33,331 nucleotides of DNA, taken from the NCBI GenBank assembly GCA_964549305.1, contig CAZJVM010000029.1, positions 1 through 33,331 on the forward strand, in the 5' to 3' direction. The stretch is from an uncultured bacterium. Lineage in GTDB: Bacteria > Schekmanbacteria > GWA2-38-11 > J061. Numbering within the stretch: the stretch's first letter is position 1; the number at the start of each line of letters is the position of its first letter. Shown in pieces: positions 8,983 to 18,568 of this stretch. The notes under the pieces were generated by a model. It saw only the letters and a program-made list of their open reading frames with translations. It did not search any database and was not told the DNA's origin. A program made the position numbers and the translations under genes.

Positions 8983-9518
8983 ATAAAAGCGCTCAGGCAA
9001 GAAAATTCGCCAGAAGCCTTATAGAAAGTCTGGATAAGGATGCCGACCTCGATTCTGTCTATTCCGAATTGACGGATATGTCGGAAATGCTTAAAGGAAA
9101 TGCCGAACTTTTGAATTTTTTCATGAATCCCGGCATTCCCGGTGAAAGAAAAGAAAAAGCGTTGGAAGAAATTATTGAAAAAGCGGGAGCATCGGTAATA
9201 ACGAAAAGTTTTCTGCTTATACTTTTTAGAAAACGGGGAATATTTCTGCTTCCTCTCATCACGGAACAGTTTCTTCTGTTTGCCGATTTACAGTGCAACA
9301 GGGTGCGCGCCGAAATTACCGTTGCTGACTCTCTCGATGAAAGCGAAAGCAAGCTAATCAGAGAGCGACTTTCCGAGGTAACGGGCAAGGAAGTCGTCGT
9401 GAATGTAAACGAAGACCCTTCCATAATCGGCGGAGTTGTGACAAAGATAGGAAGCTTGGTAGTTGACGGAAGCATCAGAACGCAGTTTGAGATTGCCAGA
9501 AACAAACTTATAAATTGA
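8979..9518 (+). CDS. atpH: ATP synthase F1 subunit delta
   Basis: ARKFARSL, F.NP, DPSIIGGVVTKIGSLVVDGSIR. GTG start overlapping the atpF stop. Confidence 0.95.
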   Translation: MNKSAQARKFARSLIESLDKDADLDSVYSELTDMSEMLKGNAELLNFFMNPGIPGERKEKALEEIIEKAGASVITKSFLLILFRKRGIFLLPLITEQFLLFADLQCNRVRAEITVADSLDESESKLIRERLSEVTGKEVVVNVNEDPSIIGGVVTKIGSLVVDGSIRTQFEIARNKLIN

Positions 9519-9550
9519 AATAAAGTCTTAAAATAAGGAGAAATGGTAAG

Positions 9551-11074
9551 ATGCAAATCAAGCCTTCGGAAATTAGCGAGATAATAAAGAAACAAATCTC
9601 AGGTTATGAAAGCTCCCTTCAGGTTGACGAAGTCGGAACCGTTATGGTTGTCGGAGACGGTATCGCAAGGATTTACGGCCTTGAAAAAGCAATGTACGGA
9701 GAAATGCTTGAATTTCCCCACGGTGTTTTCGGAATGGCTTTGAATCTTGAAGAGGATAATGTGGGCGCGGTTCTTTTCGGAGAAGCTGAAAAAATTAAAG
9801 AAGGTGATGTCGTAAAGAGAACAAAAAGGATTATGGAAGTGCCCGTTGGAGAAGCGTTGATAGGCAGAGTGGTAAATGCTCTCGGAGAACCCATTGACGG
9901 TAAAGGTCCTATAGACGCAAAGGAGTTTATGCCCGTTGAAAGAATCGCCCCCGGTGTTATCGAAAGACAGCCTGTTAAGGAACCTCTGCAGACGGGAATC
10001 AAGGCAATCGACTCTATGATTCCTATAGGAAGAGGGCAGAGAGAGCTTATAATCGGAGACAGACAGACGGGAAAAACGGCAGTTGCCATCGACACGATAA
10101 TCAACCAGAAGGGCAAAGATGTTGTTTGTATATATGTTGCCACGGGTCAGAAGAAATCAACAGTTGCGCAGGTTGTTAAAACTCTCGAAGAATACGGCGC
10201 CATGGAATATACCATAATAGTTGTGGCATCCGCTTCAGATCCTGCTCCTTTGCAGTATATTTCTCCTTATACGGGTTGTGCGATGGGAGAATATTTTAGA
10301 GACAAGAGTGGTCATTCGCTCCTTATTTATGATGATCTTTCAAAGCAGGCGGCGGCATATCGTCAGCTTTCCCTTCTCCTGAGAAGACCTCCCGGACGAG
10401 AAGCTTATCCAGGCGACGTTTTTTATCTCCATTCAAGGCTTCTTGAAAGGGCTTCGAAGTTAAATGATGAATTGGGCGGCGGTTCGCTCACGGCTTTGCC
10501 TATAATAGAAACTCAGGCAGGAGACGTTTCCGCTTATATCCCTACAAACGTTATTTCCATTACAGACGGTCAGATTTATCTGGAAACCGACCTTTTCTAT
10601 TCCGGCGTAAGGCCTGCAATTAACGTTGGACTTTCCGTATCCAGAGTCGGCGGCAATGCGCAGATAAAAGCGATGAAGCAGGTTGCGGGAAGATTGAGGC
10701 TCGACCTTGCGCAGTACAGAGAAATGGCGGCATTTGCGCAGTTTGGAAGCGAGCTTGATAAAGCTACACAGGCTCAGCTTGCAAAGGGCGAAAGAATGGT
10801 GGAACTTTTGAAGCAGGGACAGTATGAGCCCGTTGAAGTGGGAAGGCAGATTGTTACTATTTATGCAGGTGTAAACAGTTTTATCGATGATATTCCCATT
10901 GAAGAGTGCAAGAGGTTTGAAACCGAACTTCTTCAGTTTATAGAAGGCAATTATGCGGACCTGATTTCAAAGATAGAAAAGGAAAAACAAATTTCCGAAG
11001 AAATCGAAAATAAACTGAAAGATGTAATTAATGAATTCAAGACAGGATTTAAACAGTCTCTGGATAATAATTAA
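9551..11074 (+). CDS. atpA: ATP synthase F1 subunit alpha
   Basis: [60 protein letters not shown]. Confidence 0.99.
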   Translation: MQIKPSEISEIIKKQISGYESSLQVDEVGTVMVVGDGIARIYGLEKAMYGEMLEFPHGVFGMALNLEEDNVGAVLFGEAEKIKEGDVVKRTKRIMEVPVGEALIGRVVNALGEPIDGKGPIDAKEFMPVERIAPGVIERQPVKEPLQTGIKAIDSMIPIGRGQRELIIGDRQTGKTAVAIDTIINQKGKDVVCIYVATGQKKSTVAQVVKTLEEYGAMEYTIIVVASASDPAPLQYISPYTGCAMGEYFRDKSGHSLLIYDDLSKQAAAYRQLSLLLRRPPGREAYPGDVFYLHSRLLERASKLNDELGGGSLTALPIIETQAGDVSAYIPTNVISITDGQIYLETDLFYSGVRPAINVGLSVSRVGGNAQIKAMKQVAGRLRLDLAQYREMAAFAQFGSELDKATQAQLAKGERMVELLKQGQYEPVEVGRQIVTIYAGVNSFIDDIPIEECKRFETELLQFIEGNYADLISKIEKEKQISEEIENKLKDVINEFKTGFKQSLDNN

Positions 11075-11090
11075 GTGAGGTTGAAGGCAA

Positions 11091-11951
11091 ATGCCAAGTG
11101 TTAGAGATATAAAACGCAGAATAGTCAGCGTTCAGAAAACGGAGCAGATTACCAAAGCGATGAAAATGGTTTCTGCCGCCAAGTTCAGGCGCGCGCAGGA
11201 AAGAATAATTGCCGCGAGGCCTTACGGCAGGAAAATCGATGATGTTCTCAAAAGTCTTGCTTTCAGAGCAGGCGCAGATGCGCATCCTCTTTTGAGCAAT
11301 GGAGAAGAGGGAGTTATAGAAATAGTAGTAGTCTCCGGAGACAAGGGGCTTTGTGGGGCTTTCAACAATAATGTATTAAAGGAAACGAACAGAGTCATCG
11401 AGGAAAACACGGGCAAGGAAGTTAACCTTACCCTTGTAGGTAAAAAGTGCTGTGAGTTTTTCAAAAAGCGAAGTTGGAATATCAGAAACAGCTATTCGGA
11501 ATTTTTCAATAATCTTGGATATGAACATGCAGTCAGGATTTCAAGAGAGATAGTCAATACATATATCGAGGAAGAAATAGAGAAAGTAGTAATAATTTAT
11601 AATGAGTTTAAATCAGCGGTTTCTCAGGTTGTTTCGGTAAAGCAGCTGCTTCCCGTTGAAATTCCCGAGGATGCTTCGGAAGATTATCCCATAGATTTTA
11701 TATATGAACCTGACAGGGAATCAATTATCAATGAGCTGCTGCCGCGTTCCATGGAAGTAATAATTTATACGGCGCTTCTTGATTCCGTTGCCGCCGAGCA
11801 CGCGGCGAGGATGGCCGCAATGGAAAATGCCTCGAGAAACTCCGAAGAAATGATAGACGCATTGACTCTGAAATACAATAAAGCCCGTCAGTCTGCTATT
11901 ACAAAGGAATTGCTTGAAATCGTTGCCGGCGCTGAAGCGCTTAACGGATAA
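11091..11951 (+). CDS. atpG: ATP synthase F1 subunit gamma
   Basis: QITKAMKMVSAAK, DKGLCGAFN, EHAARMAAM..A..N, YNKARQSAITKELLEI. Confidence 0.98.
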   Translation: MPSVRDIKRRIVSVQKTEQITKAMKMVSAAKFRRAQERIIAARPYGRKIDDVLKSLAFRAGADAHPLLSNGEEGVIEIVVVSGDKGLCGAFNNNVLKETNRVIEENTGKEVNLTLVGKKCCEFFKKRSWNIRNSYSEFFNNLGYEHAVRISREIVNTYIEEEIEKVVIIYNEFKSAVSQVVSVKQLLPVEIPEDASEDYPIDFIYEPDRESIINELLPRSMEVIIYTALLDSVAAEHAARMAAMENASRNSEEMIDALTLKYNKARQSAITKELLEIVAGAEALNG

Positions 11952-11994
11952 CTGAGCAAATAAATAAAATTAAGATAAATATGAAGGGAATTAG

Positions 11995-13416
<1,422 letters not shown>

Positions 13417-13420
13417 AAAA

Positions 13421-13828
13421 ATGGCAGATAAATTATTTCTTGAAATAGTCACGCCCGAAAAGATGGTGGCGAGTGAGGATGTAAAAGAAGTTGTAGCACC
13501 GGGAATAAACGGAGAATTCGGAGTACTTCCCGAGCATACACCTTTCCTTTCCGTTTTGAAAGCGGGACAGATATCTTATACAACCGTATCGAACGAAACC
13601 AAAAAGCTATCAGTAAGCTGGGGATATGCGGAAGTGAGAAAAGATGCCGTAATTATCCTTGCCGAAACCGCCGAGAGGCCTGAAGAAATAGACTTTGAAA
13701 GGGCTGAATCGGCAAGAAAGAGAGCTGAAGAAAGGCTTACTAGCGGAAGTGAAGACGTCGATGTGGCAAGGGCTGAGTTGGCACTGGCGCGTGCAATGGT
13801 AAGACTCAATATGGGCGGAAGAATTTAA
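13421..13828 (+). CDS. atpC: ATP synthase F1 subunit epsilon
   Basis: LEIVTPE, GEFGVLPEHTP, GYAEV, ILAETAE..EEID..RA. Confidence 0.97.
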   Translation: MADKLFLEIVTPEKMVASEDVKEVVAPGINGEFGVLPEHTPFLSVLKAGQISYTTVSNETKKLSVSWGYAEVRKDAVIILAETAERPEEIDFERAESARKRAEERLTSGSEDVDVARAELALARAMVRLNMGGRI

Positions 13829-13850
13829 TTTTATCCGCAGTTAAGAGCTT

Positions 13851-14342
13851 TTATTCATATATGCAGCAACCTGCCGGTGGGCTAATGCTCTTTCTGCTGT
13901 CACCAAAGTTACCCCCATCTTCATCGTTGTGGTGATCATCATCGTCGTCATCGTCATCCTCATCACCTTCACTGCTTGTTGATGAATGATGTTTTTTCTT
14001 TTTCTTGTCAATAACAACAATGATTGTGTTGGGAGTTGTACTGCAGTATCCTTCCGGATCAGTTTCTTCAACAGTATAGGTTCCGTTTTCCAGTTCCTTG
14101 ATTTTGTACTTCCCTTTATGGTCGGTGATATCAGTATATGAACCAGGATTAACGGTAATAAGGACTCCGGGGATTCCCATTTCACCCGCATTTCTTGTTC
14201 CGTTACAGTTTTTGTCGTCGAATACGGTTCCTTTGATTTTGCCGTGTTTTGCTGACGATATTTTGGGGGAGAGAAAGAAACAGAGGAAAAATATAATAAA
14301 TAAATAATATATTTTTTTATATTTTATATTGCAGTAAATCAT
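13851..14342 (-). CDS. Small secreted SdrD-B/CnaB-like domain protein with Lys/His/Asp-rich insert (paralog 1)
   Basis: Signal-peptide-like N-terminus; IKGTVFDDKNCNG...GE.GIPGV...TDHKGKY...L.NGTYTVEE..PEGY matches the SdrD B-repeat pattern; C-terminus ISPPAGCC. Confidence 0.75.
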   Translation of the reverse strand: MIYCNIKYKKIYYLFIIFFLCFFLSPKISSAKHGKIKGTVFDDKNCNGTRNAGEMGIPGVLITVNPGSYTDITDHKGKYKIKELENGTYTVEETDPEGYCSTTPNTIIVVIDKKKKKHHSSTSSEGDEDDDDDDDDHHNDEDGGNFGDSRKSISPPAGCCIYE

Positions 14343-14624
14343 CTTCCGTAAATATATGTTTTACTTTTTATAAGTCAAGCATTTATTTTCAAAGTCCTGT
14401 TATTTGTATCGATACGGATATAGTTATCGGAATATGAAAGAAAAATAGTATTCTTATCATTGCTGTACAATAAATTTAAAACATAGGTTTTGATAGAGCT
14501 TAACATTATGATTTTATTGGATGCTGTCACATATTAGAAATGAGGTTGTCTTTAAAAAGGTCTAATCACCACAAAGTTTTTTTGTCTATGTGTTCAGTGG
14601 TTTATGGTTTTGATTTTAATATTT

Positions 14625-14685
14625 TACCACGGAATACACTGAATAATTCTTCTTTTTTTCAGTGTAGGCATTGTCGTCTGTGGTA
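14625..14685. repeat. Imperfect intergenic inverted repeat
   Basis: TACCACGGA-A-TACACTGAA (14625-14643) pairs with TTCAGTGTA (14658-14666) and TCTGTGGTA (14677-14685). Confidence 0.5.
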
Positions 14686-14700
14686 GTTTAGGAGAAGAGA

Positions 14701-14746
14701 GAAATAAAAAAGAGGATATGCTCTCATATTGAAAGCATATCCTCTT
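14701..14746 (-). terminator. Rho-independent terminator downstream of paralog 2
   Basis: 13-bp stem AAGAGGATATGCT (14710-14722) / AGCATATCCTCTT (14734-14746), followed on the minus strand by a T-rich tract, 25 nt after the stop at 14771. Confidence 0.8.
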
Positions 14747-14770
14747 AATTGATAGATTTATAAACTATGT

Positions 14771-15157
14771 TTAAGGACAACATCCCGCGGGAGGACTTAT
14801 CCCTTTTTTGCTGTCAAAGAATAACTGGCCTGTGACATTCTGATACAGAATAGTTACTATTCTTACATTAGGTCTGGTACTGCAATATCCTGATGGGTCA
14901 ACTTCTGTAAGACTGTAACTGCCCTGTCCAAGTCCTGTAAAAACAAATTTACCTTTTGCGTTTGTAACTGCTATTATCGATCCCGGACTCAATACGATAG
15001 TTACCCCGGCAATTCCGCTTTCTCCGGGATTTTTAGCACCATCGCAGTTTTTATCTTCAAAAACCCAGCCTTTTATGTCATAGGCAGAGGACAACACCGG
15101 ATAAGAAAGAAATAGAGCTAAGGCTACAACGAGTAACAGCAAAACTTTTATTTTCAT
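14771..15157 (-). CDS. Small secreted SdrD-B/CnaB-like domain protein (paralog 2)
   Basis: Sec signal (..VLSSA|YDI); IKGWVFEDKNCDG...GESGIAGV...TNAKGKF.F..L..GSYSLTE.DPSGYCST; C-terminus ISPPAGCCP. RBS AGGGGG. Confidence 0.8.
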   Translation of the reverse strand: MKIKVLLLLVVALALFLSYPVLSSAYDIKGWVFEDKNCDGAKNPGESGIAGVTIVLSPGSIIAVTNAKGKFVFTGLGQGSYSLTEVDPSGYCSTRPNVRIVTILYQNVTGQLFFDSKKGISPPAGCCP

Positions 15158-15216
15158 TACTTTCCCCCTAATTTATCAATAATAAAAAAATACTTTTCTT
15201 CCCCTTTAAACGTATA

Positions 15217-15232
15217 AGCAAATATTGTGCCA
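15217..15232 (-). promoter_or_regulatory. sigma54 (RpoN) -24/-12 promoter
   Basis: Minus strand reads TGGCAC-AATAT-TTGCT with canonical GG-N10-GC spacing, 60 nt upstream of the 15157 start. Confidence 0.75.
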
Positions 15233-15250
15233 CAAAGTGAAACTATTTTA

Positions 15251-15263
15251 TAACATATTGATA
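15251..15263 (-). promoter_or_regulatory. IHF-binding consensus site
   Basis: Minus strand TATCAA-TATG-TTA matches WATCAA-N4-TTR exactly, between the sigma54 site and the upstream repeats. Confidence 0.55.
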
Positions 15264-15339
15264 CTTAATGATAAATTGTAAAAATGAAAGATATTAATTT
15301 CAGAAAAATATTTTAAAAAGGTGTATCTTTTTGAAAAAA

Positions 15340-15419
15340 TGTTCATTTTTTCGACACTTTTTAGATGTTAATCATAACTTATTGAATTATTGAGATAAAA
15401 AATGTTCAAAAAACCGACA
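15340..15419. promoter_or_regulatory. Two 17-bp TGT-N11-ACA sites (putative enhancer-binding-protein UAS)
   Basis: TGTTCATTTTTTCGACA (15340-15356) and TGTTCAAAAAACCGACA (15403-15419), 63 bp apart, both preceded by an A-tract. Confidence 0.5.
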
Positions 15420-15467
15420 GTCTGCTTCTCTCCTTTGACATATACTTAAAAACATGGTGTTTTTTAA

Positions 15468-16124
15468 CTATTTTTCCTGCACATTCATTTCAGGAAACAG
15501 GACATTAACTGTATTTTTCAAAATATCGATTGCCTTATCGGTTTCCTTTATTGCATCCAATGTCACATATTTAGTCTTAAACATATTGTATTCATTAGAA
15601 AGTTTTAATGCTTTTTGCAAGAAATTATCTGAATTATTTAACAGTTCATCGATTTGGACTTTTGCTTTTTCCAGATTAATCAATTTATTCTCAGCTTCAT
15701 TTTGATCCAACTTCCCATTGATTAATGATTCAGAAAGCGCTCTGTAAACTTTTTTCAATGTGTCAGAGATAAATAATCTTTTTTCTTTCAGTGACAAAAT
15801 TCTCTGATAATTTTCCTTTGTCCAGTTTCTTTGAAAGACATATGAAGAGATGTAGGCATCATCATAAAAATCTTTCGCTTTTTTGAAATGTCCGATTGCA
15901 GATTTATTGTTGCCTTTTTTTACGTCTCTTTCGGCAAGTATAAATTCTCTTTCTCCCATCGTAAGAGTAAAACTTGTATTGACCTGTGAATTATTCGTGT
16001 ATGCCTTCTCTTTTGCGAGGAGTGCCGATTCCCTGTCATTGACATAAGAATTTCCCGCGCAGGATGTTAAGAAAACTATTACAAGCGATTGCAGAATAAA
16101 ATTAAATGCCCTTCGTTTATTCAT
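15468..16124 (-). CDS. Hypothetical lipoprotein (alpha-helical)
   Basis: Basic N-terminus, hydrophobic core and lipobox LTS|C. Overlaps the upstream gene by 8 nt. No family recognised. Confidence 0.7.
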   Translation of the reverse strand: MNKRRAFNFILQSLVIVFLTSCAGNSYVNDRESALLAKEKAYTNNSQVNTSFTLTMGEREFILAERDVKKGNNKSAIGHFKKAKDFYDDAYISSYVFQRNWTKENYQRILSLKEKRLFISDTLKKVYRALSESLINGKLDQNEAENKLINLEKAKVQIDELLNNSDNFLQKALKLSNEYNMFKTKYVTLDAIKETDKAIDILKNTVNVLFPEMNVQEK

Positions 16125-16758
16125 TTATCAAATCCTTTTTTGAAAGAATTGCCATTATTCCGTTACCGAATTCATTTGCCTCGCCTCTGTCGGTAAAATC
16201 AAAAAATTGCACTTCCTGACCCCTGTCTTTCCAGTATTTTAACATAATTGAGTAATGGAATTTCGAAAGTTTATCAGGGACCATTCTGCCTCCGAAATAT
16301 GCAGTTGTAAGAGGTTTTTCCCCCAAATATTTCTCAAAAAGTCCGAGATATCTTTTCCCACTGATAAGATAACTTCCGGAAACGACGAAAATGGCCACAT
16401 TCTTATTTTTAAAAATACCGTGATGTTCTTTTAGAAAATCTCTCATTGGAAGCGCGACGTTTTCCATATAGACCGCGCTTCCGAGAATTATTATGTCATA
16501 TTGCGACAGGTCAGCTTTTTCATAATCTTTTATAGGAATAATGTCAGTGGGAATTCCCATTCCCTCGGCAACCCAATTTGATACGTCTTTTGTGCTTCCG
16601 TAAAGAGTGTAATAAAGTATAAGCGCCTTTTTTTCAGTAGAAGATTGTGCGGTTAATTCCTTTTTTTGGGGAGTTGCGCAGGATATTGCCGTTAAAAGAA
16701 GCAGAAGCGATACTAACGCTTTGCCAAAAAAGATTTTTTTTATTTTTGATATTAACAT
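16117..16758 (-). CDS. Flavodoxin-domain (HemG/Flavodoxin_5-like) lipoprotein
   Basis: Lipobox AIS|C, then ALILYYTLYGSTKDVS, YDIIILGSAVY, VAIFVVSG, FGGRM, DFTD. Confidence 0.8.
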   Translation of the reverse strand: MLISKIKKIFFGKALVSLLLLLTAISCATPQKKELTAQSSTEKKALILYYTLYGSTKDVSNWVAEGMGIPTDIIPIKDYEKADLSQYDIIILGSAVYMENVALPMRDFLKEHHGIFKNKNVAIFVVSGSYLISGKRYLGLFEKYLGEKPLTTAYFGGRMVPDKLSKFHYSIMLKYWKDRGQEVQFFDFTDRGEANEFGNGIMAILSKKDLINE

Positions 16759-16764
16759 TATTGT

Positions 16765-17412
16765 TTACCTTTTCTCTTTTAATTGTTTTGCGGTTTCAAG
16801 CGGGTTTTTGCTGTGGAATATTTCACTCCCGGCAACAAGAATGTCCGCGCCCGCATTTTTTATGCTTGGTGCATTCTCAACTTTAACTCCGCCGTCCACT
16901 GCTATTTCACAATTGCATTTTCGGGCATTTATCATTTTTTTCGTATCTTCTATTTTTTTCAATGATGATGGGATGAAATCCTGTCCGCCGAATCCCGGAT
17001 TGACGGACATAATTAAAACAAGGTCTATGTCTTCAATCACGTTTTCGAGCATTTTTACGGGAGTTGAGGGATTTAAAGCGACTCCCGCTTTTCTTCCGGA
17101 TTTTTTTATTTCAGAGATAGTTCTGTTTAGGTGAATGCACGCTTCCTGATGCACTGTTATCATATCACTCCCTTCTCTTATGAAATCATCGAGAAATTTG
17201 TCGGGGTCGGAAATCATAAGATGGACATCGAGAGGAATGGAAGTTATTTTTTTGAGCGCCTTCACGATCATAGGACCGATTGTAATGTTCGGAACAAATG
17301 TGCCGTCCATAACATCCACGTGTATCAGATCTGCGACAGGTTCAATTTTTTTTACTTCCCTTTCAAGATTTGAAAAATCCGCTGATAAAACCGAAGGAGA
17401 TAGTTTAGTCAT
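16765..17412 (-). CDS. rpe: Ribulose-phosphate 3-epimerase
   Basis: SPSVLSADF, IHVDVMDGTFVPNITIG, DVHLMI, MSVNPGFGGQ, VDGGV, VAGSEIF. Confidence 0.98.
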   Translation of the reverse strand: MTKLSPSVLSADFSNLEREVKKIEPVADLIHVDVMDGTFVPNITIGPMIVKALKKITSIPLDVHLMISDPDKFLDDFIREGSDMITVHQEACIHLNRTISEIKKSGRKAGVALNPSTPVKMLENVIEDIDLVLIMSVNPGFGGQDFIPSSLKKIEDTKKMINARKCNCEIAVDGGVKVENAPSIKNAGADILVAGSEIFHSKNPLETAKQLKEKR

Positions 17413-17432
17413 TTTTTCACCTTTAATTAGTA

Positions 17433-18452
17433 CTAATAAACTTTTTCAAAATAGAGATTGCCGTCAAGAAAAATGGATAACTTTGTTCCCTTTACGGTTT
17501 CAAAAAACAAATTTATCAGTTTCCCCTGCGGAGCTCTTCTGTTATATATTTCCCGCTCACTACTTTTCTCGGTTATTTTTGCGAGAACCAGGCGTTCTCC
17601 TTTTTTGTCTGCAGGAACGGTAAATGAATAAGTTCTGTAAGTTTTTATTTCCGATGCCCTATTGTCGCCGTTGTTAATTTCCGACGAAATGCTTTTTTGT
17701 TTCCCTGTAGAAATGAGAAAGTCCACATTCGCTCTTTCGTCGATAAGGCTTCCCGCGGGAGGATTGTGAGAAATAATGTGTCCGGAAAAAATGACATTGT
17801 TCCATTCTTTTTTCACATTACCTTTGTTTACACCCATTGCCTTAATTATTGCCAATGCTTCCTTTTCCGGCAGTCCTGTCATATCAGGCATTACAAAGGA
17901 CTTTTCCCGTTCTCCGGAACTTATCAGAAGATTGACTTTGTCGCCCGATGCAACTTCCGTTTCTTCGGGAGGAAAGGCGGAAATTGTCGTATTCTCCGAA
18001 TAAGTGTCCGAGTGCACTCTGATTATTTTTCCAAGGTTGAGTTGTGCTTTTGATATGAGAAGTTCGGCTTCAAGATAATTCTTGCCTGAAAGTTCGGGTA
18101 CGAAAGATTTAACCATTCCCTTGCTGAGAACAACTTTCACTATTCTCCCTTTTTTTACCCTGCTGAAGCTTTCAGGCTCTGTTGAAATGACGTGATAGGG
18201 AGGAATTGCCCTGTCATATTTTTTCCCGCTTACCCTGATATTGAGTCCTAAATCGCCCAGTTTAACAAGTGCTTCATCAATTGATTCGCCTTTAATATCG
18301 GGGATGACAATTTCTTTCGGTTTTGTCAAAAAATTCATTACTACAAGTCCCGTCAGGACACTGAGACAGATGTAAACCACAAGGAGAAGAAGATATTTTC
18401 CTCCCGCTTTTAATGAACTTTCTTTCTGCTTCTTTTTTTTAGTTTTTTTCAT
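17433..18452 (-). CDS. Membrane-anchored PASTA-domain protein (3 PASTA repeats)
   Basis: N-terminal TM helix; repeats IPDIKGES, VPELSGKN, MPDMTGLP, each ending in V.L..S.G. Upstream of rpe, a common context. Confidence 0.88.
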   Translation of the reverse strand: MKKTKKKKQKESSLKAGGKYLLLLVVYICLSVLTGLVVMNFLTKPKEIVIPDIKGESIDEALVKLGDLGLNIRVSGKKYDRAIPPYHVISTEPESFSRVKKGRIVKVVLSKGMVKSFVPELSGKNYLEAELLISKAQLNLGKIIRVHSDTYSENTTISAFPPEETEVASGDKVNLLISSGEREKSFVMPDMTGLPEKEALAIIKAMGVNKGNVKKEWNNVIFSGHIISHNPPAGSLIDERANVDFLISTGKQKSISSEINNGDNRASEIKTYRTYSFTVPADKKGERLVLAKITEKSSEREIYNRRAPQGKLINLFFETVKGTKLSIFLDGNLYFEKVY

Positions 18453-18475
18453 AATGATTAAGTTAAGAAAGAAAA

Positions 18476-18505
18476 AATATAATCTAATAAAAGGCCTAAT
18501 GTCAA
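18476..18505 (-). promoter_or_regulatory. Putative sigma70 promoter of the PASTA-rpe operon
   Basis: TTGACA (18505-18500), 18-nt spacer, TATATT. Confidence 0.45.
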
Positions 18506-18568
18506 CAAGGGGTGAATTTAAGAGAAGAGCAAATTAGCAAAACATTATTGAGCCTGTTAATCCTAAAA

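Noticed and set aside
13914-14010. Triplet repeats as a possible CRISPR or non-coding tandem repeat
   Set aside because: They are coding low-complexity sequence with no repeat-spacer periodicity, and no cas genes are present.
13841-14191. 116-aa alternative-frame ORF with Met/Thr repeats
   Set aside because: It is an off-frame reading of the GAT/GAC Asp tract of the real gene 13851-14342.
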